From an uncultured candidate division Zixibacteria bacterium (GTDB lineage Bacteria; Zixibacteria; MSB-5A5; GN15; FEB-12), in contig OY760907.1 in NCBI GenBank assembly GCA_963664195.1, forward strand, positions 1,184,001 to 1,248,000: 64,000 bases of DNA, read 5' to 3'. Below the pieces are notes generated by a model that saw nothing but the letters and a program-made list of their open reading frames with translations, did not search any database and had not been told where the DNA came from. Below are positions 32,198-42,187 of this stretch, one piece after another (within the stretch, counting starts at the first letter, position 1; every line of letters begins with the position of its first letter). The position numbers and the translations under genes are program-made.

Positions 32198-33482
32198 TGT
32201 AATAATCCACGCTGATACAAATCTTCTGGCTCATAGCAGCACACTGCTCCCGGTGACGCACATCCGTCTGGGACTCAAATATGACATGGCCAAGCACCCA
32301 TGAGTCGTAGTCATCGGGCGGTACTGATATCTCATGTCCCCGGGCGAACCTGAGACACGTCTCCTTCACTCGCAAATCACCTGACAGCCCGTTGGTATTG
32401 ACTTCTTCAAGCACACCGCCGCGAGCCGACAAGAGACGCATACCTATGTGCTCTTTCGACAGCTCTGTCGAAGGAACCATGACCTTGCCTCCCCGGGCAA
32501 AATCCAGAGCAAGTCCGATCGTGTCAAACCCGCAACTGTGCCTGACCAGAGACGGCAGACAGTCACCGCCGATCCTGGGCGTCAGTTCCAGGAAGATCAA
32601 CTCGTTCTCGTTAACCACGAAGTCTACCATACAAATAGCTCTCGACAGTCCGAGTGCCTTCGCCGTCTTCCGCAGCCTCTTAGAGAGCATTCCGGAGGTG
32701 ATCCCGGCGGGCAGCTTCGCGGGTACCACGTAAGCCACAGTTGTTCCGAACGGCAGAGCATCGCCGCGAAGTTTCTTGGCTACTCGAATCACACTGACGG
32801 TATCGTCAGCTATGATGAAGTCAGCACTATACTCTCGTCCGCTGATGAACTCTTCCGCTAATACCGGCTGATCAACAACAGGTCCTCCCGAGTGTCCGGC
32901 ACCGGATGCGTACAGCGGCGATTGTTGTCGGCTTTGCAGGCCATCCTTGATCGCCAGATAAGCCTTTACCAGATCAGCCTTCTCATGGCAATGAAATGTC
33001 AGCTCACTGCCGCTTCCCGTGAGTGGCTTGAGCACGACAGAACCGTCAAACTGTTCAAAGAGCCGGATTGCCTGGCGTCCGGAGTACACCAACGTAGCCT
33101 TCGGGCAGCGCACATCACACTCGGCCCATCTCTTTTTCGTAAGAAACTTGTCCCGAGATAATTGCACCGATTCCACCGATGGATAAGGCAAGCTGAAGCG
33201 CTGCGCCAGACTGGCCGCCAGAGCCAACCACTCACAATCGTAGCACGCTACTCCGGAGAGGCTCTGGTTCGTTTTTGCCAGATGCGCTTGCAGCCTGTTC
33301 AGGGCGTCCTCATTGTCTGCAAGATGGCAGACAACCTCATCCGAGGGGGCGGACCCGTTCTCTGACAGACCGGCCCCGTGGGCCAGGTCTGTCAGGAATA
33401 GAGCTTGCCCCGGATATCGCTCATGAATATGGGCAAAATAGTCCGGCGTGGTGCCTACTACCAGCACCCGGCTATCAGACAT
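32127..33482 (-). CDS. ATP-grasp ligase
   Basis: SRDKFLTK, VVLKPLTGSGS, EEFISGREYS and LELTPRIGGD motifs. Confidence 0.9.
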   Translation of the reverse strand: MSDSRVLVVGTTPDYFAHIHERYPGQALFLTDLAHGAGLSENGSAPSDEVVCHLADNEDALNRLQAHLAKTNQSLSGVACYDCEWLALAASLAQRFSLPYPSVESVQLSRDKFLTKKRWAECDVRCPKATLVYSGRQAIRLFEQFDGSVVLKPLTGSGSELTFHCHEKADLVKAYLAIKDGLQSRQQSPLYASGAGHSGGPVVDQPVLAEEFISGREYSADFIIADDTVSVIRVAKKLRGDALPFGTTVAYVVPAKLPAGITSGMLSKRLRKTAKALGLSRAICMVDFVVNENELIFLELTPRIGGDCLPSLVRHSCGFDTIGLALDFARGGKVMVPSTELSKEHIGMRLLSARGGVLEEVNTNGLSGDLRVKETCLRFARGHEISVPPDDYDSWVLGHVIFESQTDVRHREQCAAMSQKICISVDYYNDQKLAWFQNASRRVDQSRYPIG

Positions 33483-34473
33483 GCGGCGCTCCCCTCATGC
33501 CACGGCAACGTACCGGCGGATAAGAATATGACGACTGGTAGATCGTATCTCTGGGCACTGTTTTGCCTGCACCCTCAATCATGTAAAGCGGCGCCGGCGT
33601 CAGATGAAAGAGGGTCTTCCAGTTGAAATCGCCACAGAGGAAGTCGACGCTGTCCAGCTTCTCTTCGCAGGCATAAGTGATATGATGCATATTAATAAGC
33701 TTTGCTATGCCCGGCGTTTTGCCGTTCGTGCCACCCGCCAGCATAGTCAGCATGCCCTGATACAGGCTGCCCATGTCAACGGCTGCCGGCTCGCCGTCGA
33801 CAATGATCGTAACAATTCGCAGCCAGCCGCGCTTATCCAACAGGTCCATCAGCGATCGAAAGCTCTCCAAAAAGCGCAAGTCATGGAAATACGACTGGCG
33901 GCCAAACCTGCTGCGGTTCATGTCACAGAGCAACTCAAAGTCGACCGACTCATTGAAGCGCCATTCCACCGCGTGATGATTCCAGACCTCCAATTCCTTC
34001 TTGAGCTTTTTCGCTGTTTTGTGCGAAAAAGCCTCCAAATAGCGAGCCACATCAAACTGATAGGTATCCGGCAAAAAGAGATACCCTACTTCGTCGACAA
34101 GCTCGTCTGGCCCACTCCAGCAACCTTCGTTCCGGAGATATCGCAAATGGTATTGTCCATCCAAACTTGCAAGCATAGCCTTCAGAATGCTGCCGCTATC
34201 CGCAATGATCCTGTTTTGTTCCAGCCATGTTTTCCCTTCCCAGGTCTCACCGGGGAAGTAGTTGTACTGCCTGGTCTCCTCGTTCCAGCTAAGCGGCAGA
34301 AAACCTACAACCCGGCCGTTCTCCTCCGCCACGACAAAGCGAGGCGAGTGATTGTAATGATCGTTGAAACAGGCACGCACCTCCCAAAGATCGGAAACCA
34401 GCTCGGCCGGCATTAATTTCATCCAGAGGTCTCGACACTCCGCTATGTCGGTGACCGTTTGAATCCGTACCAT
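33475..34473 (-). CDS. GNAT-fold protein (FemABX/CelD-BcsL-like, Acetyltransf_6)
   Basis: Two-lobed GNAT pattern; YLEAFS.K..K.LK; PGIAKL; DFLCGDFNWK..FHL. Confidence 0.8.
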   Translation of the reverse strand: MVRIQTVTDIAECRDLWMKLMPAELVSDLWEVRACFNDHYNHSPRFVVAEENGRVVGFLPLSWNEETRQYNYFPGETWEGKTWLEQNRIIADSGSILKAMLASLDGQYHLRYLRNEGCWSGPDELVDEVGYLFLPDTYQFDVARYLEAFSHKTAKKLKKELEVWNHHAVEWRFNESVDFELLCDMNRSRFGRQSYFHDLRFLESFRSLMDLLDKRGWLRIVTIIVDGEPAAVDMGSLYQGMLTMLAGGTNGKTPGIAKLINMHHITYACEEKLDSVDFLCGDFNWKTLFHLTPAPLYMIEGAGKTVPRDTIYQSSYSYPPVRCRGMRGAPHV

Positions 34474-34475
34474 CG

Positions 34476-34940
34476 CTATTGCCTCAGGTTCACGTGCGTC
34501 GTGCAACGCGAACCACCGAAGAAGCCAACAGCAAACTCCTCAACCACCGCCGGGTCGTAAGGCTTGCAGCTAAAGACGTCCAGATACGTAGCGTTGCTGG
34601 CATTGGCAAAATGAGCTGAGATCAGCGACGTTTCGATCAACTGGGTCATCGAATACCCCGCCACACGCTCGTCCTCGCCAAAATTGACGACCACACATTC
34701 CCCGAATCGCTTCATCTCAATCAAGTCACAGAGTTCTCGAACAAAACGCTTGATCGCTTCCGCGTCGCGTATGGTCTCAGCATCGCAGTCGTAAATATCA
34801 AAACTGCAGGCCAGACCCCACGCCCCTTCAATCTCGTCGGAACTGAACTGGCTCAGTTCCCGGTAGGCGGTCAGCCGCGAAACGGCGCCCTTGACAGCCT
34901 CTCCGACCTCAAATGCCGGCTTCACTGCTACATCTCTCAT
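34476..34940 (-). CDS. Pyruvoyl-dependent S-adenosylmethionine decarboxylase-like protein
   Basis: WG....D.Y.CD, GYSMTQLIETSLISAHF and YLDVFSCK motifs; AGGAG RBS. Confidence 0.85.
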   Translation of the reverse strand: MRDVAVKPAFEVGEAVKGAVSRLTAYRELSQFSSDEIEGAWGLACSFDIYDCDAETIRDAEAIKRFVRELCDLIEMKRFGECVVVNFGEDERVAGYSMTQLIETSLISAHFANASNATYLDVFSCKPYDPAVVEEFAVGFFGGSRCTTHVNLRQ

Positions 34941-35178
34941 GTAAAGACTCTCCTAAGGTTCCAAACCCACGAGGGCACCTTGCCCTCCGGAGTCCTGGAC
35001 GGTGTTCTCTGTTTTCCTGGGGTTGTTGTTATCCGCTATGAGCCTTCAACCAGGCTCGGGGGACACGTGAATCAGGCTTTGCAGCCTGAAGCCGCCTTCC
35101 CAACTATCCGGTTCGTCTTTTCCTTACCTACCGAATATCGTTGGCGACAAGTGAGCATCTTGAGATGCCCGGTTTCTT

Positions 35179-35826
35179 TTACGGAAGCGCTTCCTGAATG
35201 AAGCGCGCCAAACTGGCAACAAAAGCACTTCTCAAGGCCATGAAAGACCCGTCGACATCGTCGTCTTTGGTTGCAACGCTGGCGAAGGAATAATAACCCG
35301 AAATGAATCCGGCGAGCGCATAGGCGAGACGCCGAAGCCGCCCTTTTGAAATCGGTCTGGCCAAAGCTCCTTCAATCAGCTCCTCGATACAACCCAGATA
35401 GTCAAGGAATGGTGCTTCGATTCCCTCGAGACTCTCGTCAAGCATGATGTCCGCGCGGCCCTGTTGGTACAGCACGAAGTCCTCCCAGCGATTGCTGAAG
35501 AACTTGATGTGCGTACCAATCATGGCATCCAGAACCGCATTGATCTCAGTATGAGGGGCACACTCATCTCTCAACGCTGCGACCAGCTCTTTGAGGAGCT
35601 TCTCCATCATCTGACGGATCATCTCTTCTTTGGCGTCAAAGTGATAGTAGAAACTGCCCCGACCCACATCCGCGCGGTCGGTGATATCCTCAACCGTGGT
35701 GGCCGACAATCCCTTTTCAGCCATAACGGTTTTGGCCGCCTCAAGCAGCTTGCTGCGAGTCTTGCCGAACCGTCGTTGGTTGCGTGTTTCCACGGGCTTG
35801 TCCTGTTTTCTGCTGGCCGCGATCAT
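35179..35826 (-). CDS. TetR/AcrR family transcriptional regulator
   Basis: TRSKLLEAA..KG..ATTVEDIT.RADVGRGSFYYHF..KE. Confidence 0.95.
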   Translation of the reverse strand: MIAASRKQDKPVETRNQRRFGKTRSKLLEAAKTVMAEKGLSATTVEDITDRADVGRGSFYYHFDAKEEMIRQMMEKLLKELVAALRDECAPHTEINAVLDAMIGTHIKFFSNRWEDFVLYQQGRADIMLDESLEGIEAPFLDYLGCIEELIEGALARPISKGRLRRLAYALAGFISGYYSFASVATKDDDVDGSFMALRSAFVASLARFIQEALP

Positions 35827-36039
35827 CCGCCCTACCTGACATTACCTTCGTTTTCGACGATATCGTCAGATATGACGATTTTGTCAAGGGCTTTGTTCGA
35901 TTTCGTTCTTTTTTTTTTGACAGTGCCTCGGCTTCAGATCAGTTCGGATTGATACCAAAAAAAGACCAGGACGACATGTACTCGACACAACGCGTTGTAG
36001 CACAATGGCGTACGTATACGGCACCGACCCGACTCACGC

Positions 36040-36780
36040 CTATATCTTGAACGACAGAGTCAATCCGACACCGCCACCAACGCTGGTCGGAAAGATTGAA
36101 ATTGCACCTTTGTGGCGGTCTTTTCGGACAAGTTTCAGGGAAATGTAGGTGCCGAGGATCCCACCCGCTATCACGTCGCTCAAGCAGTGCTTGCCCTCTT
36201 GAAGGCGTGAGAGGCCGACGTATCCTGCAAGCACAAATGCCGGAATCCCCAGGGTTCTGCCGAAATGCCCGTACACGACTGCGGCGGTGGCAAACGAGGA
36301 AGACATATGTCCTGAGGGATAAGAATAGGGCGTTCCGTCCGGTCTCTGCCGGTTGATACTCACCTTCAACACAGAGGTCAGCAAACCGGTCATTAACTGT
36401 GCGCGAAATCGATCCGTGCCAAACTCCCCTGGCTCAGACGAACCCGTTATTTTGCCAACACTCCACGAAGCCGCTGAGAGTACGGCCGGGAAGGCACCGT
36501 CACCAAATACGAGTTGCCCGTCGATTGTCCGCATGGCCATCTTGACGTCAGCCAGACCCTCGGCGGATATGAGCAGAATGTCATCCTATTCGGGTTCCCC
36601 TTCTTCCCCCGCTTCGTCTTCGAATTCGATGATGATCATTGCCGCGCATGCATCCAGTCGCAGATCAACAGCCGTGATTTCACTCCGAGCCGTATTGCTG
36701 TAGACAAAGTAAGCGAAAGCCGACATCAGAATTCCAAAAGCGGCCAGATTCGCTACTACCAGTTTGCCCTTAATCGTCAC
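36040..36780 (-). pseudogene. Chimeric remnant: sensor-kinase-like N-terminus joined to a PAP2 phosphatase C-terminus
   Basis: One frame interrupted by TAG (36588-36586); N-part MTIKGKL+TM resembles a histidine kinase start; C-part K....R.RP, SYPSGH and SRL....H..SDV is PAP2. Confidence 0.6.
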
Positions 36781-37026
36781 AGTCTTATCATTGCCTGTTA
36801 TGGTCCTTCATCGGAGAAAAGATAACCGACACCGCGAACAGTATGGATCAGTGTCGGACCGAACCCTCTATCCGGCGCTGCCCCTAAAGCCTTGACTTGA
36901 CATACCAGGCGGTATTAGCTTCAGGCATTGCAGCACAGCGTTCCACAAAACACAGTATCTACATGAAATCGCAGCCCTCATCTGGACTACAGAATACGGA
37001 TGCTCTTACCTGTCGGAGAACCACTT

Positions 37027-38961
37027 ATGAAACTCGCCAAGATCGTCGTACTGGTACCGCTTGTTCCTTTTCTCTTTCTGCTGGCCCTGTCAACTTATGC
37101 ACAGGCCCCGGATACCGTCTGGTCTCGCACCTACAACGCTACTTCCGCAGCCCTGGCGCTCCACGAAACCGCGGATAGCGGCTTCATTATGGGCGGCTAC
37201 ATTGTCCCCGATGGAGACACCAAACGAGATGTGTTCATGGTACGCACCGATCGAAACGGGGACACGCTCTGGACCAAAACACATGGCGATACGGACCGCC
37301 ACGAAAGCGCCGCAGATCTCTATCCGACATCCGACGGCGGCTTCATCCTCTCCGGAACCCGGGAGGAGGATGGCCTTATTTCAAATACCGATATGTACCT
37401 CCTCAAGACCGACGCAAACGGTGACCGTGAATGGCATTCAGTCTTCGGCGACTCAGGGAAGAGCGAATCCGGCATCGCCGCGGTCCCGACTCCGGACAGC
37501 GGCTATCTCTTGACCGGCTACTTCTGGGATGCAACAACGGTCTACGACATCTATCTTGTCAAAACCGATGACCTCGGCATCCGGGCGTGGCAGCAGCACA
37601 TGACCTGGTCCGATGCCGATTACCCGACCGCCATGGCCGTCGTGGGTGATGACGGCTTCTCCATAACCGGCTACACCCAGTCTTTTGATTCCGAATACGA
37701 TTATGACATGTTCCACCTTAGACTGGACGACGAGGGCATCGAGACCTGGTCTCTCCCATATGGAGCCAACTACCCGTGGGATGAAGCGGCCAATCATATC
37801 TGCCCCACTTCGGACGGCGGCTATCTCATGTGCGGGTATCGCAAGGAGGAAGGCTCTCCCAAGGATATCTACGTCGTGAAAACAGACGCTCTCGGAAACC
37901 TGGAATGGAACTCGCAGTTGGGAGGCGTCTACCATGACGAGGCAAGGTGCTGTATTGAGACGGTCGACGGTGGATATGCGGTGTCGGCGTCATGGTACGT
38001 TGACGGCAACTGGAAAACCGCGCTGATCAAATACGACGCTGACGGTGACACGACCTGGACTGCCTTCTGGGGCGATCCGGCCAACAGTCACACGCCGTAC
38101 GGCCTGGTCCAAACAGCCGACAACGGATACGCAGTCGGCGGACTCATGTCTGGTGGCACCACAGCCGCATTCCTCGTGAAATTCGCTGCTGAGCCAGGTC
38201 TGTATCCGCACACATTCAGTGCTGCGCACCTGACCACTCCCGTGGACGACAGTGCCCCTGCAACTGATACCATCACTGTTTCTGCAGGCGGCTTCGACCC
38301 GGGCAGCAGCATAGCGGGCATCAGGGTGATGATCGACACGCTGGATCATCCCGCGCTTGAGGAGCTCACCGTTACCCTGACCCACGACGGAACTGAAGTC
38401 ACTCTGGTTCCGGAAGGAGACGCGTCCGGGGAGAACTTCGCCGGACTAGTGTTCACCGATGCCGCCATCACATCTCTTGGCGGAGGGCAGGCTCCCTATA
38501 CCGGAACCTTCAGGGCCAGTGAGCTTCTCAGTGCCTTCAACGATATGGACCCCAGGGGCTACTGGATTCTGAATGTGGTAGACGGATCCTCAGGAAACGA
38601 CGGAGTTCTGAGAGCCTGGAGAATCACGTTACTGACCGATGTAGTGCTTGATGTTACCGATGAGGTTGTCAGCGAACTTCCCGCCAGCTACAGTCTGTCC
38701 CAGTGCTACCCGAACCCGTTCAATCCGACAACCATCATCAGCTACAGCGTTCCGACAAGATCGGACGTCACTATCGAGGTCTACAATGTTCTCGGCCAGA
38801 AAGTTAACACGCTGATCGACGAGACAAAACCGGCGGGCGAATACCAGACGGCATGGAACGGCGTTGATTCAGACGGTGAGAGAGTCTCCACGGGAGTCTA
38901 CTTCTATCGTTTTCGGGCCGGTGATTTCGTTGAGACGAAGAAGATGCTTCTCCTCAAGTAG
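37027..38961 (+). CDS. Secreted beta-propeller repeat protein with P-domain and FlgD-Ig/T9SS-type C-terminus
   Basis: Repeated T.DGG....G / D.Y.VKTD..G...W units; G.W.L.V.D (P-domain); YPNPFNP.T.I.Y..GVYFYR..KKMLLLK. Confidence 0.85.
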   Translation: MKLAKIVVLVPLVPFLFLLALSTYAQAPDTVWSRTYNATSAALALHETADSGFIMGGYIVPDGDTKRDVFMVRTDRNGDTLWTKTHGDTDRHESAADLYPTSDGGFILSGTREEDGLISNTDMYLLKTDANGDREWHSVFGDSGKSESGIAAVPTPDSGYLLTGYFWDATTVYDIYLVKTDDLGIRAWQQHMTWSDADYPTAMAVVGDDGFSITGYTQSFDSEYDYDMFHLRLDDEGIETWSLPYGANYPWDEAANHICPTSDGGYLMCGYRKEEGSPKDIYVVKTDALGNLEWNSQLGGVYHDEARCCIETVDGGYAVSASWYVDGNWKTALIKYDADGDTTWTAFWGDPANSHTPYGLVQTADNGYAVGGLMSGGTTAAFLVKFAAEPGLYPHTFSAAHLTTPVDDSAPATDTITVSAGGFDPGSSIAGIRVMIDTLDHPALEELTVTLTHDGTEVTLVPEGDASGENFAGLVFTDAAITSLGGGQAPYTGTFRASELLSAFNDMDPRGYWILNVVDGSSGNDGVLRAWRITLLTDVVLDVTDEVVSELPASYSLSQCYPNPFNPTTIISYSVPTRSDVTIEVYNVLGQKVNTLIDETKPAGEYQTAWNGVDSDGERVSTGVYFYRFRAGDFVETKKMLLLK

Positions 38962-39221
38962 GGCATACTCAGAAGTCACGCGCCGCAATGAGGAGCCAAC
39001 CCGGCGGACAGGGTCTCGGGTTCACATCAATCTGGAGTATATGGGTTGCTCTAATCTTTTTTCGGAACCTGCCGACAAAACAGGGGTTTAAGGTTGAGTG
39101 GTCCTTTTGGCCAGCGAACAGGAAAGGCATAACAAACCGGGATAGGCTGCCTATTGTAGATCGGTAATGAAATAACAGCGCGGATTCAACAAGACCTTTA
39201 AGGGAAAGGCATTACTGATTT

Positions 39222-39746
39222 ATGATAGTACTGAAGTATCCCCGCCGCTTTGCATTGCTCCTAGCAGTCCTGGCGACCTCCTCCACGACACTGGCCGGCC
39301 CGTCCGAAGCGGTCGATCGGCAAGATAACCTCAAGATCATCCAGGCTGCCCTGCCCGACTCTGCCTCCTTACAGAACAAAGTTGTGTTTGTCGACTTCTG
39401 GGCTTCCTGGTGCGTCCCCTGCCGCCAGTCTTTTCCGTGGATGCAAAGTCTGCACGAGAAATACGGCAGTCAGGGATTTGTGGTCGTAGCCGTCAACGTC
39501 GACAGGGACCGACGTGCGGCCGCCAAGTTTCTTGAAGAACTCAATCCATCTTTCACAGTAGTCTTCGATACTGCCGGGAGCGTGGCTGCCAAGTACGGGT
39601 TGGAAGCGATGCCGACATCGTTCCTCTACGGACGCGACGGGAAGTTGGTCGCACAACATCAAGGTTTCCAACAAGAAGAAGCCGACCATTGGGACCGCGC
39701 CATCGGGAGACTTGTGAGACAAGAGAAAAAGGAGAAGCTGAAATGA
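39222..39746 (+). CDS. TlpA family thiol:disulfide oxidoreductase
   Basis: Signal peptide; VDFWASWCVPC; AMPTSFL. Confidence 0.93.
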   Translation: MIVLKYPRRFALLLAVLATSSTTLAGPSEAVDRQDNLKIIQAALPDSASLQNKVVFVDFWASWCVPCRQSFPWMQSLHEKYGSQGFVVVAVNVDRDRRAAAKFLEELNPSFTVVFDTAGSVAAKYGLEAMPTSFLYGRDGKLVAQHQGFQQEEADHWDRAIGRLVRQEKKEKLK

Positions 39747-39976
39747 GGAAACGCCACACCATTGCCACACTAGTCACTCTCGTGGTTTCGGCTTCCCTGT
39801 TGTCTGGATGCGCCTCGGTTGGCGTTCAGGTATGGGAGAGAGACGTTCTGTCGAAACCTGAGATGCAATTGAGCAAGGAAGCACTGGATCGCTCGATTGA
39901 CGATCACGTCTATTTCAGCAAGGAAGCCTCAAGCGGCGGGCGCAGTTTCGGCGGAGGCGGATGCGGATGCAACTAG
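39743..39976 (+). CDS. DUF4266 lipoprotein
   Basis: Lipobox LSGC; WER..L; H.YFSKE..SGG...GGGGCGCN C-terminus; ATGA overlap with tlpA. Confidence 0.88.
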   Translation: MRKRHTIATLVTLVVSASLLSGCASVGVQVWERDVLSKPEMQLSKEALDRSIDDHVYFSKEASSGGRSFGGGGCGCN

Positions 39977-41259
39977 CCGGCAAATCATCAATACGGAGTG
40001 CCCTGACCGCTGTCACCGCCATGCTGATAGGCAGCAGCTTGGCAAACGCAGAAGGCGGCGACAGATTGGAGTCGTCCCTCTTGTTGTACTCGGAGACGAA
40101 TCGCGTTCAGGCCGCTGAAGGAATCGTCTCCCTGTCCCATGCCCTCAAAGGGGGGCGCACCATCACCGGGCGGTTTTCGTTTGACGCGCTCACCGGCCCC
40201 TCCCCCAGCGGCGCCACTCCCTCAGACAACATTCAAACGTTCACTCGACCATCAGGGAACGGCAGTTATACGGCCCAACCCGGCGAAACTCCGTTGGATG
40301 ACACCTTCCGGGATAATCGTGTCAGTCTCGACGGCACCTACAGTCAACCGCTTGACCGCTTGACAACGCTCGATATCGGCGGGCACTTCTCAAGCGAGCA
40401 CGATTACACGTCATTCGGCGCCAACCTGGCACTCATTCGAGATTTCAACCGAAGAAACACCACTCTGTCACTTGCAGCGGCAGTCTCGCACGATCTTGTC
40501 CAACCCGAAGGAGGTGCCCCCGTACCCCTGTCGTCGATGAGTACGCCTGCGAGCGGAGGCGAAGAAGACGAGTTTGAGGAAAGTCGCCATGAGTCGAACA
40601 GAAGCAAGAACGTAATCGATGCTGTCCTCGGCCTCACTCAGGTACTCGACCGACAGACACTGGTCCGTTTCAACTATTCGTTCAATCACGCTTCCGGGTA
40701 TCTGACCGATCCCTACAAACTGCTGAGCATAGTCCAGGACAGATCGGGAGCAGAGCCGGGAGAGCCGGTTGACTACATTTACGAGTCGAGACCGGACGGT
40801 CGCACAAAGCACGCTCTCTATGCCGAAGCACGACGGTACATCCGGGGCCACACGGTCAATCTGTCGTACCGGCACTTCTGGGATAGCTGGGGTACAAGAT
40901 CACACACCGTTGATCTGCACTATCGACTGCCCCTGTCCGGCGGTCACGCACTTCAACCTCATGTGCGCTGGTATCATCAATCGGCCGCAGACTTCTATCG
41001 ATCTTACCTTATCGAAGGAGCCAAGGTGCCGTCCAGTGCGTCTGCCGACTATCGGCTCGCTCCATTCCACGCTCTGACCCTGGGACTCCAATACACATTG
41101 CCGGTCGGCCCAAAGACCAGCCTCAGCATCGGGGCCGAATACTACCACCAGGCCGGGGACATCAGCCCGCCGCAGTCTATGGGATCGTTGAGCCAGATCG
41201 ACCTCTTCCCCGAGTTGAAGGCGATTATGGTTCGCATGGGGTTCAGCTATGAGTTCTAA
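39961..41259 (+). CDS. DUF3570 outer-membrane beta-barrel protein
   Basis: D.LTG.S, DDTF.D.R, S.E.DY.S, GYL.DPY, E.RP..R and SADYRL motifs; C-terminal F; canonical neighbours. Confidence 0.85.
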   Translation: MRMQLAGKSSIRSALTAVTAMLIGSSLANAEGGDRLESSLLLYSETNRVQAAEGIVSLSHALKGGRTITGRFSFDALTGPSPSGATPSDNIQTFTRPSGNGSYTAQPGETPLDDTFRDNRVSLDGTYSQPLDRLTTLDIGGHFSSEHDYTSFGANLALIRDFNRRNTTLSLAAAVSHDLVQPEGGAPVPLSSMSTPASGGEEDEFEESRHESNRSKNVIDAVLGLTQVLDRQTLVRFNYSFNHASGYLTDPYKLLSIVQDRSGAEPGEPVDYIYESRPDGRTKHALYAEARRYIRGHTVNLSYRHFWDSWGTRSHTVDLHYRLPLSGGHALQPHVRWYHQSAADFYRSYLIEGAKVPSSASADYRLAPFHALTLGLQYTLPVGPKTSLSIGAEYYHQAGDISPPQSMGSLSQIDLFPELKAIMVRMGFSYEF

Positions 41260-42151
41260 ATCCGAGTACGCATATCGGTTGCAAAAGGACAGTTCTCATT
41301 GGGTCATCGCTTTCGAAGCCATGGCCAGTCCGTGCGAGATACTGGTACGCTGCGAAAACATGAGCGAAGCCGAGCAATTGGCTTCGCTCGCTCTTTCTGA
41401 AACGCGCCGCATTGAACGGACATACAGTCGTTATCGAGACGACAACATCGTGTATTCCCTCAACAACAGCAACGGCTCTCCAATTGCCGTTGATGATGAG
41501 CTTGCCAGATTGCTCGATTACGCCAACGAGTGCTATCAGCTAAGCGATGGCCTCTTCGACATTACTTCAGGCGTCCTGCGAAGGGCGTGGCGTTTCGACG
41601 GCTCCGAGTTCATTCCCGACAAACAACTGATACGCTCCCTGCTTGAAATTGTAGGCTGGGACAAAGTGGAACGGGAGAGCGGAACAGTACGACTTCGGCC
41701 GGGCATGGAGCTTGATTTGGGAGGAATAGGCAAAGAATACGCTGTAGATATGGTCGCGGAACTGTTGTCTCGTACATCGGATTCACCCTTGATGGTCAAT
41801 TTCGGAGGAGATATTCGCGCCATTTCCTCTGATGCAGATTCTACTCCGTGGATAGTGGGCATAGAAGACCCCCACAAGACTAACTCCGCAATAGGTGAGA
41901 TCAAGCTGACCAACGGAGCCGTGGCAACCAGCGGCGACCTGCACCGATTCTGTATCGTGGATGGCGTAAGAATGGGACACATACTCAACCCTCTTACCGG
42001 GTGGCCGGTAGCAGAGGCCCCTCGGAATGTAACGGTCCTGGGGAACTTCTGTGTGGAAGCCGGCCTTCTGGCGACTCTGGCCATTCTGCAAGGCCCCAAG
42101 GCGGAGGTGTTCCTGAAGTCACAGGACGCGCAGGGACATTGCATCAGATGA
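41249..42151 (+). CDS. apbE: FAD:protein FMN transferase
   Basis: AMAS, SRYR, S.GLFDIT, LDLGGIGKEYAVD, NFGGD, VATSGD and HILNP.TGWP motifs; no signal peptide evident. Confidence 0.95.
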   Translation: MSSKSEYAYRLQKDSSHWVIAFEAMASPCEILVRCENMSEAEQLASLALSETRRIERTYSRYRDDNIVYSLNNSNGSPIAVDDELARLLDYANECYQLSDGLFDITSGVLRRAWRFDGSEFIPDKQLIRSLLEIVGWDKVERESGTVRLRPGMELDLGGIGKEYAVDMVAELLSRTSDSPLMVNFGGDIRAISSDADSTPWIVGIEDPHKTNSAIGEIKLTNGAVATSGDLHRFCIVDGVRMGHILNPLTGWPVAEAPRNVTVLGNFCVEAGLLATLAILQGPKAEVFLKSQDAQGHCIR

Positions 42152-42187
42152 GTCTAGAGCAAATCGCATCCGGCACAAGAGCTTCGG

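Noticed and set aside
36586..36588. In-frame TAG as pyrrolysine or readthrough
   Set aside because: Not a methylamine methyltransferase context; the surrounding sequence looks like a decayed chimera
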